From contig DUNV01000061.1 in the NCBI GenBank assembly GCA_012839215.1, positions 1 through 56,091 on the forward strand: a stretch of DNA of 56,091 bases, written 5' to 3'. The position numbers and the translations under genes are program-made. How positions within the stretch are numbered: position 1 is the stretch's first letter; every line of letters starts with the position of its first letter. The notes under the pieces are model-generated. The model was not told where the DNA came from. It ran no database searches and worked only from the letters and a program-made list of their open reading frames with translations. Below are positions 17,573 through 27,007 of this stretch, piece after piece. The DNA comes from Bacillota bacterium (GTDB lineage: Bacteria; Bacillota; Dethiobacteria; DTU022; UBA8154).

Positions 17573-18670
17573 TTAAGTAGTGATCTTTTCGGTATAGGCC
17601 AGCTTAGGCTTGGCGAAGATCATGCGGCCGGCCGCCGTCTGTAGAACGCTGGTAACCAATACTTCGATAGTATCACCAATAAAGCGCCTTCCACCTTCCA
17701 CAACGATCATTGTTCCATCATCAAGATAAGCCACACCCTGGCCGATTTCCTTGCCGTCCTTGATGATATGGGCCTGCATTTCCTCCCCGGGAAGAACTAC
17801 CGGCTTGACCGCGTTGGCCAACTCATTGATGTTCAGCACGCTGACACCCTGCAATTCGCAGACCTTGTTCAGGTTAAAATCGTTGGTGAGGATAGCATAA
17901 CCATCGTCCTGGGCCAGCTTGACTAGTTTACTATCGACCTCGACAATTTCATCATAATCCTTGTTAATAATGCTTATCTTAATGTCCAGCTCTTTTTGCA
18001 TTTTGTTGAGGATATCCAACCCGCGCCGGCCACGGTTCCTTTTGAGAAGATCGGGGGAATCAGCAATATGCCTCAGCTCCTCCAGGATGAAACCGGGAAC
18101 GAGGATCTCTCCTTCCAGAAAGCCGGTCTTGCTGATATCGAGGATGCGCCCATCGATAATAACACTGGTATCGAGTACCTTTCCCGATCCGGCCCTCCTT
18201 CCTACATGCATGACGGATCGTTTCATAAAGTGGTTGGTCAGGAATGAAAACTCATCCTTGCGATTAAGGATAAAGGTCACGCCCAGGTAGGCCAGAAGCA
18301 GGGTCACCAGCGGGGAAAGGTAAGGGCCAACCCAGGGAATTCTCCCTAGTGGGAAATTCAGTAGAACCCCGATTAAAAGGGCGATAAGTAAACCGCAAAC
18401 CCCCAAAACAATATCCCTTGTGGGGATCGTTTTCAGCTTGCCATCCGACCAGGTAGCAAACTTCGAAAAACTATCAGCTACTGTGGGCGTAATAAAATAA
18501 AAGATAAGTCCAAAAATGGTTCCTCCCAAGGCGGAAAACCAGATCCCCGAGGGAAGGAGAAAAGGAAATCCTGTGGCAATAATAGGCGAGGAAACAGCAA
18601 CCCTAAAAAGTTCAAAGCCACAAATAAAACCAATTATCGTCAGAAAAAAACGAATAACAGTCCTTAACAT
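17573..18670 (-). CDS. yacL: PIN/TRAM-domain membrane protein YacL
   Basis: N-terminal TM helices are followed by a PIN domain (VLDTSVIIDGRI) and a C-terminal TRAM-like domain. Conserved position upstream of ispD. Confidence 0.85.
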   Translation of the reverse strand: MLRTVIRFFLTIIGFICGFELFRVAVSSPIIATGFPFLLPSGIWFSALGGTIFGLIFYFITPTVADSFSKFATWSDGKLKTIPTRDIVLGVCGLLIALLIGVLLNFPLGRIPWVGPYLSPLVTLLLAYLGVTFILNRKDEFSFLTNHFMKRSVMHVGRRAGSGKVLDTSVIIDGRILDISKTGFLEGEILVPGFILEELRHIADSPDLLKRNRGRRGLDILNKMQKELDIKISIINKDYDEIVEVDSKLVKLAQDDGYAILTNDFNLNKVCELQGVSVLNINELANAVKPVVLPGEEMQAHIIKDGKEIGQGVAYLDDGTMIVVEGGRRFIGDTIEVLVTSVLQTAAGRMIFAKPKLAYTEKITT

Positions 18671-18815
18671 TCTTTCACCCCCTTTCCGGCCTATATTTAT
18701 GCCATACTGCTTTTTTTACTATATTATAACCTATATTTTTGCCCTGTTACAAGAAAAAATATACCCCTCCCCTATAATAAAAACCCTAAAGGCCGCCCGG
18801 GTAATTTGTTTGTAA

Positions 18816-18841
18816 CAAAAAAGACATCTCTGCGATGTCTT
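18816..18841 (-). terminator. Rho-independent terminator of carD
   Basis: The minus transcript reads AGACAUC-GCAGA-GAUGUCU-UUUUUG, a perfect 7-bp stem. Confidence 0.7.
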
Positions 18842-18881
18842 TCTAGACAACAAAAATTGTGCAAACAAGAAATTTTCCCGT

Positions 18882-19397
18882 TTAATTTGTTTCACCATCG
18901 GCGCTGTCTTCGTCATTTTGGTGATTAAAAAGTCTCTCCAGATAAGAAACGATTTCATTTCTATCTATGCCCTTGACCATCAACAATTCGCTCATTAAGA
19001 TCTGCTTGGCGCTTTCCAACATTTTCCTTTCACCCGAGGAAAGGCCTTTTCTCCTCTCACGCAAAAGAAGGGTCCGCACAACTTCGGCCACCTTAAAAAT
19101 ATTCCCGCTTTTAATTTTGTCCATATTGGCCCTGTAGCGCCGATTCCAATTTGGATTAGTAATTTCCTCCATGTTTTCAAGGATTTCGAACACTTCCTCT
19201 AGGGCTCCCTTGCCAATCACATCACGCAAACCAATTCTTTCTACATTGTCCAGGGGGATCATTACCTTAATGTCACCCACCGGCATATTCATAACATAAT
19301 ACTTTTTCCGATCGCCCAGTATTTCTTTCTCTTCGATTGATTCAATTACCCCGGCACCGTGCATAGGATAAACAACCTTATCTCCAATGTTAAACAT
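18882..19397 (-). CDS. carD: CarD-family transcriptional regulator
   Basis: MFNIGDKVVYPMHGAGVIESIEEKEILG...YYVM is the CarD_CdnL_TRCF N domain. Confidence 0.9.
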   Translation of the reverse strand: MFNIGDKVVYPMHGAGVIESIEEKEILGDRKKYYVMNMPVGDIKVMIPLDNVERIGLRDVIGKGALEEVFEILENMEEITNPNWNRRYRANMDKIKSGNIFKVAEVVRTLLLRERRKGLSSGERKMLESAKQILMSELLMVKGIDRNEIVSYLERLFNHQNDEDSADGETN

Positions 19398-19441
19398 TTA
19401 ACAACGTCCTCCTTAAATCTTAGGGGGCATATGGTTGTACT

Positions 19442-19470
19442 ATTTTAGCACAGATCGTGCTACTTGTCAA
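19442..19470 (-). promoter_or_regulatory. Sigma-A promoter of carD
   Basis: The minus strand reads TTGACA (19470-19465), a 17-nt spacer, then TGc-TAAAAT (19447-19442). Confidence 0.6.
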
Positions 19471-19663
19471 ACAAAATAAAATTTGAATTTTATCACATGC
19501 AGAACAGAATGTCAACACCGCTGATAGAGCAATAAAGTGGCGCATTTGCGGCGTTTACGCAAGAACAAGCCATAAAACCACCCATAAAATAGTTTTAGAT
19601 AAATTTAGCAAATTTTCAAAATAGGGATCTTTTCGCGATCCCTGCAGATTACTTACCTGAAAG

Positions 19664-19693
19664 TTGACAACGTTAAAAAAAAACAAGTATAAT
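19664..19693 (+). promoter_or_regulatory. Sigma-A promoter
   Basis: TTGACA (19664-19669), an 18-nt spacer, then TATAAT (19688-19693). Confidence 0.6.
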
Positions 19694-19728
19694 AAGTTTG
19701 CTACTTTAGAAAAGAGGTGCTGAAAAAT

Positions 19729-20133
19729 ATGGTTATCAGGAATAAGGAAGTCGTCTGTCTTTTTCAGGATAAGGTTTCGGAGCTGCTCCTCAGGCATCGC
19801 AGCATTCTTGATACGCTTTCCAAGCACCAGGAATCTGTAGCCCGGGTAAACAGGGCTATCAGCAAAACCGTGACCGGCTGCGGATGTATTTCTATCCATG
19901 CCTATAAACAGGAAATCCCGCCGGGTGTTACCCTGGAAGATTGCCGTAAATACATGGATCCCCACCTGGATGGCGATCTGTGTGAAAACTGCCGGGAAAC
20001 AATTCAAGAAGAAATTGGCAATAACCTCTTTTACCTCGCCGCCCTTTGCCACCTTCTAAACATTGATCTCGAAAATATCTACCATAAGGAATATGACAAA
20101 CTTAGCGCACTGGGATATTTTCACCTTTTATAA
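19729..20133 (+). CDS. Cys-rich hypothetical protein with a MazG-like C-terminal helix pair
   Basis: The SD AGAGGTG is 9 nt before the ATG at 19729. The C-terminal QEEIGNNLFYLAALCHLLNIDLENIYHKEY resembles the MazG/NTP-pyrophosphohydrolase EExGDxLFxL motif. Contains GCGC and CENC pairs. Confidence 0.55.
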   Translation: MVIRNKEVVCLFQDKVSELLLRHRSILDTLSKHQESVARVNRAISKTVTGCGCISIHAYKQEIPPGVTLEDCRKYMDPHLDGDLCENCRETIQEEIGNNLFYLAALCHLLNIDLENIYHKEYDKLSALGYFHLL

Positions 20134-20174
20134 AAAAGGGCTTGTTGGCAAATGTCAATTATGGCACACTTTCT

Positions 20175-21560
20175 TTAACCAAGGACAAGATCCAAAGCCT
20201 CGGCAACAGTGGAAACACCGGAAATTTCAATATTTCCGCCCAAATCGCCAATATTATCCTCAAAACTGCTACTAAGGTTTCCATTGGGTACAAGACAGCG
20301 CCTGAAACCCATTTTTATTCCTTCCCGAAGGCGCTCCTCCAGCCTGCTGACAGGGCGCACCTCTCCGGTAAGCCCAATCTCCCCTATGGCTAGGGTATTG
20401 GGTAAAACAGGCCTATCCCGGAAACTGGAGGAGATACTGAGTGCCACCCCAAGATCCGCGGCCGGCTCCGTTACCTTGACCCCGCCTACGGCATTGGCAA
20501 AAATATCGCCATTATAGAGTTGCAGGCCAAGCCTTTTTTCCAGGACGGCAATAATCAATGCCACCCTGTTATAATCGAGTCCGGTAAAAACCCGGCGTGG
20601 GTTTCCCCCATAATAGGATGGCGTCACCAGGGCCTGGATCTCGACCAGTAAAGGCCTCGTGCCCTCCATAAAGGGCACAACGACAGAGCCGGCTGTATCC
20701 CTGGGCCGCTGTTCCAGGAACAGGGCAGAAGGGTTGTCCACCTCCGTGAGCCCCCGCGACTCCATGGTAAAAATACCGATCTCATTCGTCGAACCGAAGC
20801 GGTTTTTTATTCCCCTGAGGATACGGAAATTTTGATAACGTTCCCCCTCGAGGTAAAGAACACAATCGACCATATGCTCGAGCAGCCGTGGACCGGCTAT
20901 CGTTCCCTCCTTGGTTACATGTCCCACAATAAAAAAGGTGAACTGGCAGCCTTTGGCCATCTGCACAAGGGAGGCAGTAACCTCCCGCACCTGTACCACG
21001 CTTCCCGGAACTGTTCCCAGTTCACTTTTCATGATCGTCTGAATGGAATCCAGGATGACCAGATGGGGCATTTTTTGCAGGATCTGTTTTTCGATAGCCT
21101 TGTATTCGGTTTCGGCCAGCACCAACAAGGGCCCTTTCCGACCGGGGCATAGCCTGGCTGCACGCATTTTCACCTGCTGCAGCGATTCCTCTCCTGTTAC
21201 ATAGATGACCTTGTTCCCGGAATCGGCCAGCCGTAGGGCCACCTGTAAAAGCAGGGTTGATTTGCCAATACCGGGATCGCCACCGACGAGAATAGTCGAA
21301 CCCGCTACCGCACCCCCGCCTAGAACACGATCAAACTCACCGATACCCGTCAGAAAGCGCTCTTTCTCCAATGGGACAATCTCACCCAACAACTGCAACT
21401 CTCCCCCGCCCTCTAACGAAAAAGCACCCCTGGGTGCTTTTTTCAAAACACGTTCCTCTTGAAAAGTTTGCCAGCCCCGGCAGGAAGGGCAACGCCCCAT
21501 CCACTTGTAAGCCTCATAGCCACATTCCCGGCAGATAAAAAGCGTTTTTCCACTGGTCAT
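20175..21560 (-). CDS. radA: DNA repair protein RadA (Sms)
   Basis: Contains the zinc finger CRECGYEAYKWMGRCPSCRGW, Walker A GGDPGIGKSTLLLQ, KNRFG and a Lon-like C domain. The start is taken at the ATG at 21558-21560, just after the nfo stop. Confidence 0.95.
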   Translation of the reverse strand: MTSGKTLFICRECGYEAYKWMGRCPSCRGWQTFQEERVLKKAPRGAFSLEGGGELQLLGEIVPLEKERFLTGIGEFDRVLGGGAVAGSTILVGGDPGIGKSTLLLQVALRLADSGNKVIYVTGEESLQQVKMRAARLCPGRKGPLLVLAETEYKAIEKQILQKMPHLVILDSIQTIMKSELGTVPGSVVQVREVTASLVQMAKGCQFTFFIVGHVTKEGTIAGPRLLEHMVDCVLYLEGERYQNFRILRGIKNRFGSTNEIGIFTMESRGLTEVDNPSALFLEQRPRDTAGSVVVPFMEGTRPLLVEIQALVTPSYYGGNPRRVFTGLDYNRVALIIAVLEKRLGLQLYNGDIFANAVGGVKVTEPAADLGVALSISSSFRDRPVLPNTLAIGEIGLTGEVRPVSRLEERLREGIKMGFRRCLVPNGNLSSSFEDNIGDLGGNIEISGVSTVAEALDLVLG

Positions 21561-21564
21561 AATC

Positions 21565-22440
21565 TTAATCCCCCTGATCGGCAGACAAAGAATCCTGTTT
21601 TTCGCCAAGATATAGAGATAACTTTCGCAAATTGGTAATATCCCAATCCGTTCCATTTTCCGGAGTTTCCAGGATGGCAGGAAGTTCATCGGGCCAGGGG
21701 TGGCGCAAAAATGTTTTAAATCCCTCCTCCCCGATCAAACCCTTTCCCAGATGAGCATGCCGATCCCGGTGGGAACCGCAGGGAGTAGCCGAATCATTAA
21801 CATGCAGAACTTTAATATGTTTCATCCCAATATGGCGCCCAAGCTCCTGCAGTAATGCCTCCGCCCCCCCAGCAGTTGATAGGTTGTAGCCGGCCGCCCA
21901 GGCATGGGCTGTATCAAGGCAGACACCCAGCGATCGATCACCTTCCAGCCTTTGCAAAACATGGCCTACAGTGGCAAAGGATCCGCCCAGCGAGTGGCCA
22001 CTCCCGGCAGTGTTTTCCAGCAGCAGCTGCACTTCCTCCGGCCAGTGGATGCTTTCTTCTTTTAGGGTTTTTATAAACAGCTCCAGGCCCTCCCCAAAAT
22101 CCATACCACGGTGACTGCCCATATGGAGTACAACAAATGATGCCTGCAGGTAGGCAGCTCTCTCCATGGTTTCTCTCAACAATTTCCTGGATTTTTGGTG
22201 AAATTCCTTTTTAATCGCAGAAAGGTTGATAAGGTAAGGGGCATGGACGACGAGAGGATCAATATTATTCGTTTTCAATATGGCAGATCGTTTCCCTAAT
22301 TCTTCGGGGTTAAGTAGAGGGGAGCTCCAGGAGGTGGGATTGCCGGCAAATATTTGCACAGCTTGGCAGCCAATCTGTGCAGCACGTTCAACATTTTTTT
22401 CAAATCCGCCTTTCTGGGGCATATGTATACCGAGTCTCAT
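21565..22440 (-). CDS. nfo: Deoxyribonuclease IV (endonuclease IV)
   Basis: Contains HAPYLINLS, ENTAGSG, CLDTAHAWAAGY and HVNDS...GSHRDRHAHLGKGLIG. Confidence 0.9.
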   Translation of the reverse strand: MRLGIHMPQKGGFEKNVERAAQIGCQAVQIFAGNPTSWSSPLLNPEELGKRSAILKTNNIDPLVVHAPYLINLSAIKKEFHQKSRKLLRETMERAAYLQASFVVLHMGSHRGMDFGEGLELFIKTLKEESIHWPEEVQLLLENTAGSGHSLGGSFATVGHVLQRLEGDRSLGVCLDTAHAWAAGYNLSTAGGAEALLQELGRHIGMKHIKVLHVNDSATPCGSHRDRHAHLGKGLIGEEGFKTFLRHPWPDELPAILETPENGTDWDITNLRKLSLYLGEKQDSLSADQGD

Positions 22441-22528
22441 GATCAGATGTCGCGTCCTTTACTAATTCTCTAGCGCCAGTGATCATATCCAATAAAGAAC
22501 CCTCTGTCAAATTCTGCCGATTTTCCCG

Positions 22529-22990
22529 TCAATACAATTCCTGCAGGATGGCATTTATTACACCTTGCAAGGAGGCAAAAACCTCATAGCTGAGGCCCAC
22601 GCCGAACTTATTTCTTTCCTCAATTTTCACCCCAAAAAAAGTTATTTCCTGTGGGATTTTTCCGGGGAATGCCTCCTCCTTCATTTCAAAGATGGAAGAT
22701 AGGTGTTGGGCGTGGATGGTTTGCGAAAATATATTTACCAAATCTGTATCCTGGGGAAAATGCCGTCTGATAAATCCCTGCTGGCCAAACTCCCCTAGAT
22801 AAGCATCAATAACAATTAGTTTATCCGTACCGGCAACCAATTGGGCAGACATTTGTCCCGGATTCCCAAGTTCCTCGATTACAACCCATTCCGGCAGGAT
22901 TTCCCGGCGCAGACGTCGCACGATATGGATGCCGACACCTTCATCGAAGGCAAGAATATTGCCACATCCAATAATCTTAATACTCTTCAA
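22529..22990 (-). CDS. Hydrogenase maturation endopeptidase (HyaD/HybD/HycI family)
   Basis: TTG start with a GGGGGGG SD. IIGCGNILAFDEGVGIHIV, VIDA and TIHAQH match the metal-ligand pattern of the family. Confidence 0.7.
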   Translation of the reverse strand: MKSIKIIGCGNILAFDEGVGIHIVRRLRREILPEWVVIEELGNPGQMSAQLVAGTDKLIVIDAYLGEFGQQGFIRRHFPQDTDLVNIFSQTIHAQHLSSIFEMKEEAFPGKIPQEITFFGVKIEERNKFGVGLSYEVFASLQGVINAILQELY

Positions 22991-23142
22991 TTTGTTCCCC
23001 CCCTTTCTGATTATTCTTATCTCTGCCCCAAAAAACTGTCAACGGGAAAGATTCTGAAGATATTATCCAAAAAAAAATAATACACAGAAATGTTTCCTAT
23101 AATAGTGACTATTTTCAAAATAAATGCTGCTTTTTTATTATA

Positions 23143-23895
23143 CTATTTTCTACCCATTTCGGCAAGAATTTTTTCCGTGGCCTCCCTGGGAGAAGGATGT
23201 TCGATGATTGGCCTCCCAATAACCAGGTAACTGGCACCTTTCTCAAGGGCGCGGCTCGGCGTCATGATGCGCTGCTGATCCCCTGAGGCCGCCCACGCAG
23301 GCCGCACACCCGGGGTAACGATAACAAAGTCATTACCAATTTCCCGGCGAATAGCAGCTGCCTCCAGGGGGGAAGCAATGATACCATCCAACCCTGTTTC
23401 CCTGGCCATATGGGCAAGATAGAAAACATGCTCCTCAAGTTCCCTGGGGGATCCTGTCATCTCCTGCAGCATTTTCTGGTTAAAGGAGGTCAGAACAGTA
23501 ACACCAAGAATGAGGGGACAGGGGACACCCAATTTCAGGGAAATATTCTTAGCAGTTTCAACAGTACGCAGGGCCATTTCTCGCCCGCCGCTAAGATGAA
23601 TATTGAACATATCCACGCCGTGCTCAACGGCTACCTTTGCTGTTGAGGCGACTGTATTGGGAATGTCATGAAATTTTAAATCTAGAAAAATGCGTACGCC
23701 GATCTTTTTTAGACCATTAATGACCCTGGGTCCACAGGAAACAAAGAGCTTCAAGCCAATTTTAAAAAAGGTTATGGGAGGAGATAAGCGGTTTGCCAAC
23801 ATGTAAGCATCTTCTTCATTGTCTACATCCAATGCCACGATTATTTTTTCTGCCAACTGTTCTATTGTTTTTTGTTCCCTTGACAAATTCAACAC
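23143..23895 (-). CDS. pyrF: Orotidine 5'-phosphate decarboxylase
   Basis: Contains IIVALDV, FFKIG, FLDLKFHDIPNT and VIGRPI. Confidence 0.9.
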   Translation of the reverse strand: MLNLSREQKTIEQLAEKIIVALDVDNEEDAYMLANRLSPPITFFKIGLKLFVSCGPRVINGLKKIGVRIFLDLKFHDIPNTVASTAKVAVEHGVDMFNIHLSGGREMALRTVETAKNISLKLGVPCPLILGVTVLTSFNQKMLQEMTGSPRELEEHVFYLAHMARETGLDGIIASPLEAAAIRREIGNDFVIVTPGVRPAWAASGDQQRIMTPSRALEKGASYLVIGRPIIEHPSPREATEKILAEMGRK

Positions 23896-23958
23896 GCACC
23901 TTTCCTGCTATTTCAAGCCTGGGCCCCTTAATGTGCATTCAACGTTGTTGCAATTGTA

Positions 23959-24873
23959 TCATCCATGAGCCACCCCGATGATCCCTTCCAGGGAGGGAAG
24001 GTTCATCCTTTGTAGATAGTTTTTCAGCTCCCCCGTTAGCCGCAGGATCGTCAGCGGATCGGAAAAGCTGGCGGAACCAATAGCCACCGCTGCTGCACCG
24101 GCCATAAAAAATTGCAGGGCATCATCCAGCGCTTCAATGCCCCCCATGCCTATGAGGGGAATTTCCACGGAGGCATATGTCTCATAAACAAGGCGCACAG
24201 CTAGGGGTCTCATGGCTGGACCTGAAAGGCCCCCAATTTTGTTACCCAAAAAAGGGCGCCGGGAAACGGTATCTATGACCATACCCTGAAAAGTATTCAC
24301 TAAGGAAAGGATATCGGCACCGCCATCTTCAGCGGCGCGGGCAATCTCGGTGATATCGGTTACATTAGGGGTCAGCTTGACGATAAGGGGCAATGTACAA
24401 ACCCGGCGTACTTTCTCCACTAACGAAGAAAGAGTTGACGGGGTCGTACCAAAAAAAATGCCGCCCCTTTGCACGTTTGGACAGGAAACATTCAATTCAA
24501 TAGCTATCAAAACGTCCCCGGCAGTGCAAAGCTCCCGGGCCAGGATGACATATTCTTCCTCCGTGTCGCCGGCAATATTGGCGATTAACTTCACCTGAGA
24601 TTTTTGCAGACGGGGCAGCTCCCTGGATAGAAAAACATCTAGGCCGGGATTTTGCAGTCCAATAGCATTTAACATCCCGGCAGGGGTTTCCACAATGCGG
24701 GGGGGTGGGTTGCCCTTTCGGGGCATAAGAGTAAGTCCATTGATAACGATGGCCCCGAGATCCCGGAGATCCATCAGGGAGGCGAACTCCTCACCAAAAC
24801 CAAAAGTCCCGGAGGCAGCCATAAAGGGGGTTTTAAGTTTCAGGGGCCCCAGCCTGGTGCCAAGATCGATCAT
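23959..24873 (-). CDS. pyrD: Dihydroorotate dehydrogenase B, catalytic subunit
   Basis: Contains LKTPFMAASGTFGFG, ELNVSCPN, GLSGPA and GGI. Follows pyrK. Confidence 0.9.
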   Translation of the reverse strand: MIDLGTRLGPLKLKTPFMAASGTFGFGEEFASLMDLRDLGAIVINGLTLMPRKGNPPPRIVETPAGMLNAIGLQNPGLDVFLSRELPRLQKSQVKLIANIAGDTEEEYVILARELCTAGDVLIAIELNVSCPNVQRGGIFFGTTPSTLSSLVEKVRRVCTLPLIVKLTPNVTDITEIARAAEDGGADILSLVNTFQGMVIDTVSRRPFLGNKIGGLSGPAMRPLAVRLVYETYASVEIPLIGMGGIEALDDALQFFMAGAAAVAIGSASFSDPLTILRLTGELKNYLQRMNLPSLEGIIGVAHG

Positions 24874-25692
24874 CTACCACACCACCTCATAGGGATTAAA
24901 AACCGGGCCATCCCGGCAAACCCGTTTAAAAACCGTATCACTGTCCCCAACCTTTATCTCGATTGGGCAACCATGGCAAGCCCCCACACCGCAGGCCATC
25001 CTTTCCTCGAATGAAAACTGCATATCAACTTTTTTATCCCGGTACATCCCCGCCACCCTTTGCATCATGGGCCTGGGCCCGCAGGCAAAAACCTCTTCAG
25101 GTCTGAGCCCTCTTTGTAGGTGGGATCGATGCAGATCGGTCACAAGGCCCGCAAAACCGCCCGATCCATCTTCAGTAGCAAGATTAATTTCCACCCCGGG
25201 AGGAAGAAAATTTTGCACCGGGATTTTCTCCAAACCCCGGGAAACCCCATAATAGAGTACTACCCTTTCCCGAACTTCCTTTAGTCGGCGCGCTAAAAAC
25301 AGCAACGGCGCCACCCCCACTCCCCCACCAAGCAAAACCGATATTTTGCAGTTTTCCCGGGGCCTAAAGCCATTGCCCAAAGGCCCCAGGCAATCCAGCA
25401 TATCACCCGGGCAAGCCCTGCTAAGAATCCTTGTCCCGGCACCCCGCAGCCGGAAAATAATCTGTAGAAACCCTTCCCCAGGTGAGGTCCCGGCAATACT
25501 AAATGGCCTTCTCAGAAAGGGAGCAGGGCCCTCCCCAACCCTGATATGTAAAAAATGGCCGGGCAGGGAACCTGTTGCCAGGTTTTTTTCTTCCAATAAC
25601 AACGAAAAGCAATCGATCGCCAATTTTTCAACCCGCAACACCTTAGCCTTGCATAAGAGCACCCTAAATCGACTCCCTGTGAGTGGCAGCAT
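24874..25692 (-). CDS. pyrK: Dihydroorotate dehydrogenase B, electron-transfer subunit
   Basis: An FAD/NAD-binding fold plus the C-terminal 2Fe-2S motif MACGVGACHGCP. Overlaps pyrC by 29 nt. Confidence 0.85.
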   Translation of the reverse strand: MLPLTGSRFRVLLCKAKVLRVEKLAIDCFSLLLEEKNLATGSLPGHFLHIRVGEGPAPFLRRPFSIAGTSPGEGFLQIIFRLRGAGTRILSRACPGDMLDCLGPLGNGFRPRENCKISVLLGGGVGVAPLLFLARRLKEVRERVVLYYGVSRGLEKIPVQNFLPPGVEINLATEDGSGGFAGLVTDLHRSHLQRGLRPEEVFACGPRPMMQRVAGMYRDKKVDMQFSFEERMACGVGACHGCPIEIKVGDSDTVFKRVCRDGPVFNPYEVVW

Positions 25693-27007
25693 CCACTGTC
25701 TCTTTAAAATCCCGGGAAAAACCCTTTACCTTGCCGGCCAGCATCTTGATATCCCCACTGACCATAGTTAGTACAGGGTACCCCTTCAGGGTCCAACCCT
25801 GAAAAGGTGTATTTTTCCCCTGGGAATAAAAATCGTTTCTTTCCACCCGGCGCTCCTGCTGCAGATCAATAACAACCAGGTCTGCCTCCGCACCCGGGAC
25901 CAGGGTTCCCCCCGGAATATTTAGAATGCGGGATGGCGCGATGGAAAGAAACCCGACGAGCTGTTCCCAGGAAATGCGCCCCTTGGACAATAACTGGCTA
26001 AGAATCAGGGGAAGTGCGGTTTCCAGGCCGACAACGCCAAAGGGCGCCCCCAGAAAATCTTTCTCTTTATCCAGCTGCCTGTGGGGCGCATGATCAGTGG
26101 CAACTACTCCAATGAGGCCATCGGATAGGGCCTGCTGAAGCGCTGTTCGATCTGCCGCCCCCCTTAAGGGGGGATTCATCTTCGCATCTGTGGAAAAGCC
26201 CTCCACTGCCTCTTCAGTTAGAAATAAATGATGTGGAGTAACTTCGGCAGTAAACATAATTCCCCTTTCGGCAGCCCATTTAAGCAATGCCACACTTTTT
26301 CGCGAACTGATATGTGCCAGGTGTAGTTTTCCACCAACTTCCTCCTGCAGCAAAAGATCCCTGGCCACCATGGCCGCCTCGGCTGCAGGCCTAATGACAG
26401 GCAATCCCAGGCGGTAGCCGACAGGGCCGGCGTGGACAACCCCCTGATCGGCAATGGTCAGATCCTCGCAATGTGAAATGATCGGCAGCCCCAAAGACAT
26501 GGCAACCTGCATGGCCCCCCGCATTAGGCCCCCATCCATAACCGGCCAACCATCATCGGAAAAGCCCCTGGCCCCTTCCTCCGCAAGTTCCCACATATTG
26601 GCCAGCTCTTCCCCCCGGGAACCCTGTGAAATAGTCCCAATGGGATAAACACGGGCCAGATCGGCCCTGCGGGCACGCTCCTTTATATAGGAAATAACAG
26701 TTTTGTTATCAGCGGGGGGAAGCGTATTGGGCATGCAGGCCAGGGAGGTAAAACCTCCGGCCACTGCTGCCGCACAACCGCTGGCAATGGTCTCCTGGCT
26801 CTCGCCCCCCGGTTCGCGGAGATGAACATGCATATCAATTAGGCCGGGAAGGATAATCTTTCCATCAAGATCAAGAGCAGGCACATCTACATTGCCGATG
26901 GACCTGGAAATTGCCTCGATCCTCCTGCCCCGTATTAATATTTCAGCAGGCCCCGACCATCCCGCCAACGGATCGTGCAGAATCCCGCCTCTTAGTAACA
27001 GCTCCAT
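25664..27007 (-). CDS. pyrC: Dihydroorotase
   Basis: Contains GLIDMHVHLREPG and ATDHAPH. Confidence 0.9.
   Translation of the reverse strand: MELLLRGGILHDPLAGWSGPAEILIRGRRIEAISRSIGNVDVPALDLDGKIILPGLIDMHVHLREPGGESQETIASGCAAAVAGGFTSLACMPNTLPPADNKTVISYIKERARRADLARVYPIGTISQGSRGEELANMWELAEEGARGFSDDGWPVMDGGLMRGAMQVAMSLGLPIISHCEDLTIADQGVVHAGPVGYRLGLPVIRPAAEAAMVARDLLLQEEVGGKLHLAHISSRKSVALLKWAAERGIMFTAEVTPHHLFLTEEAVEGFSTDAKMNPPLRGAADRTALQQALSDGLIGVVATDHAPHRQLDKEKDFLGAPFGVVGLETALPLILSQLLSKGRISWEQLVGFLSIAPSRILNIPGGTLVPGAEADLVVIDLQQERRVERNDFYSQGKNTPFQGWTLKGYPVLTMVSGDIKMLAGKVKGFSRDFKETVDAATHRESI

Noticed and set aside
19555-20052. 165-aa minus-strand ORF
   Set aside because: It overlaps the plus-strand gene, which has a near-consensus promoter, an SD and a MazG-like motif. 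The minus ORF has none of these signals.
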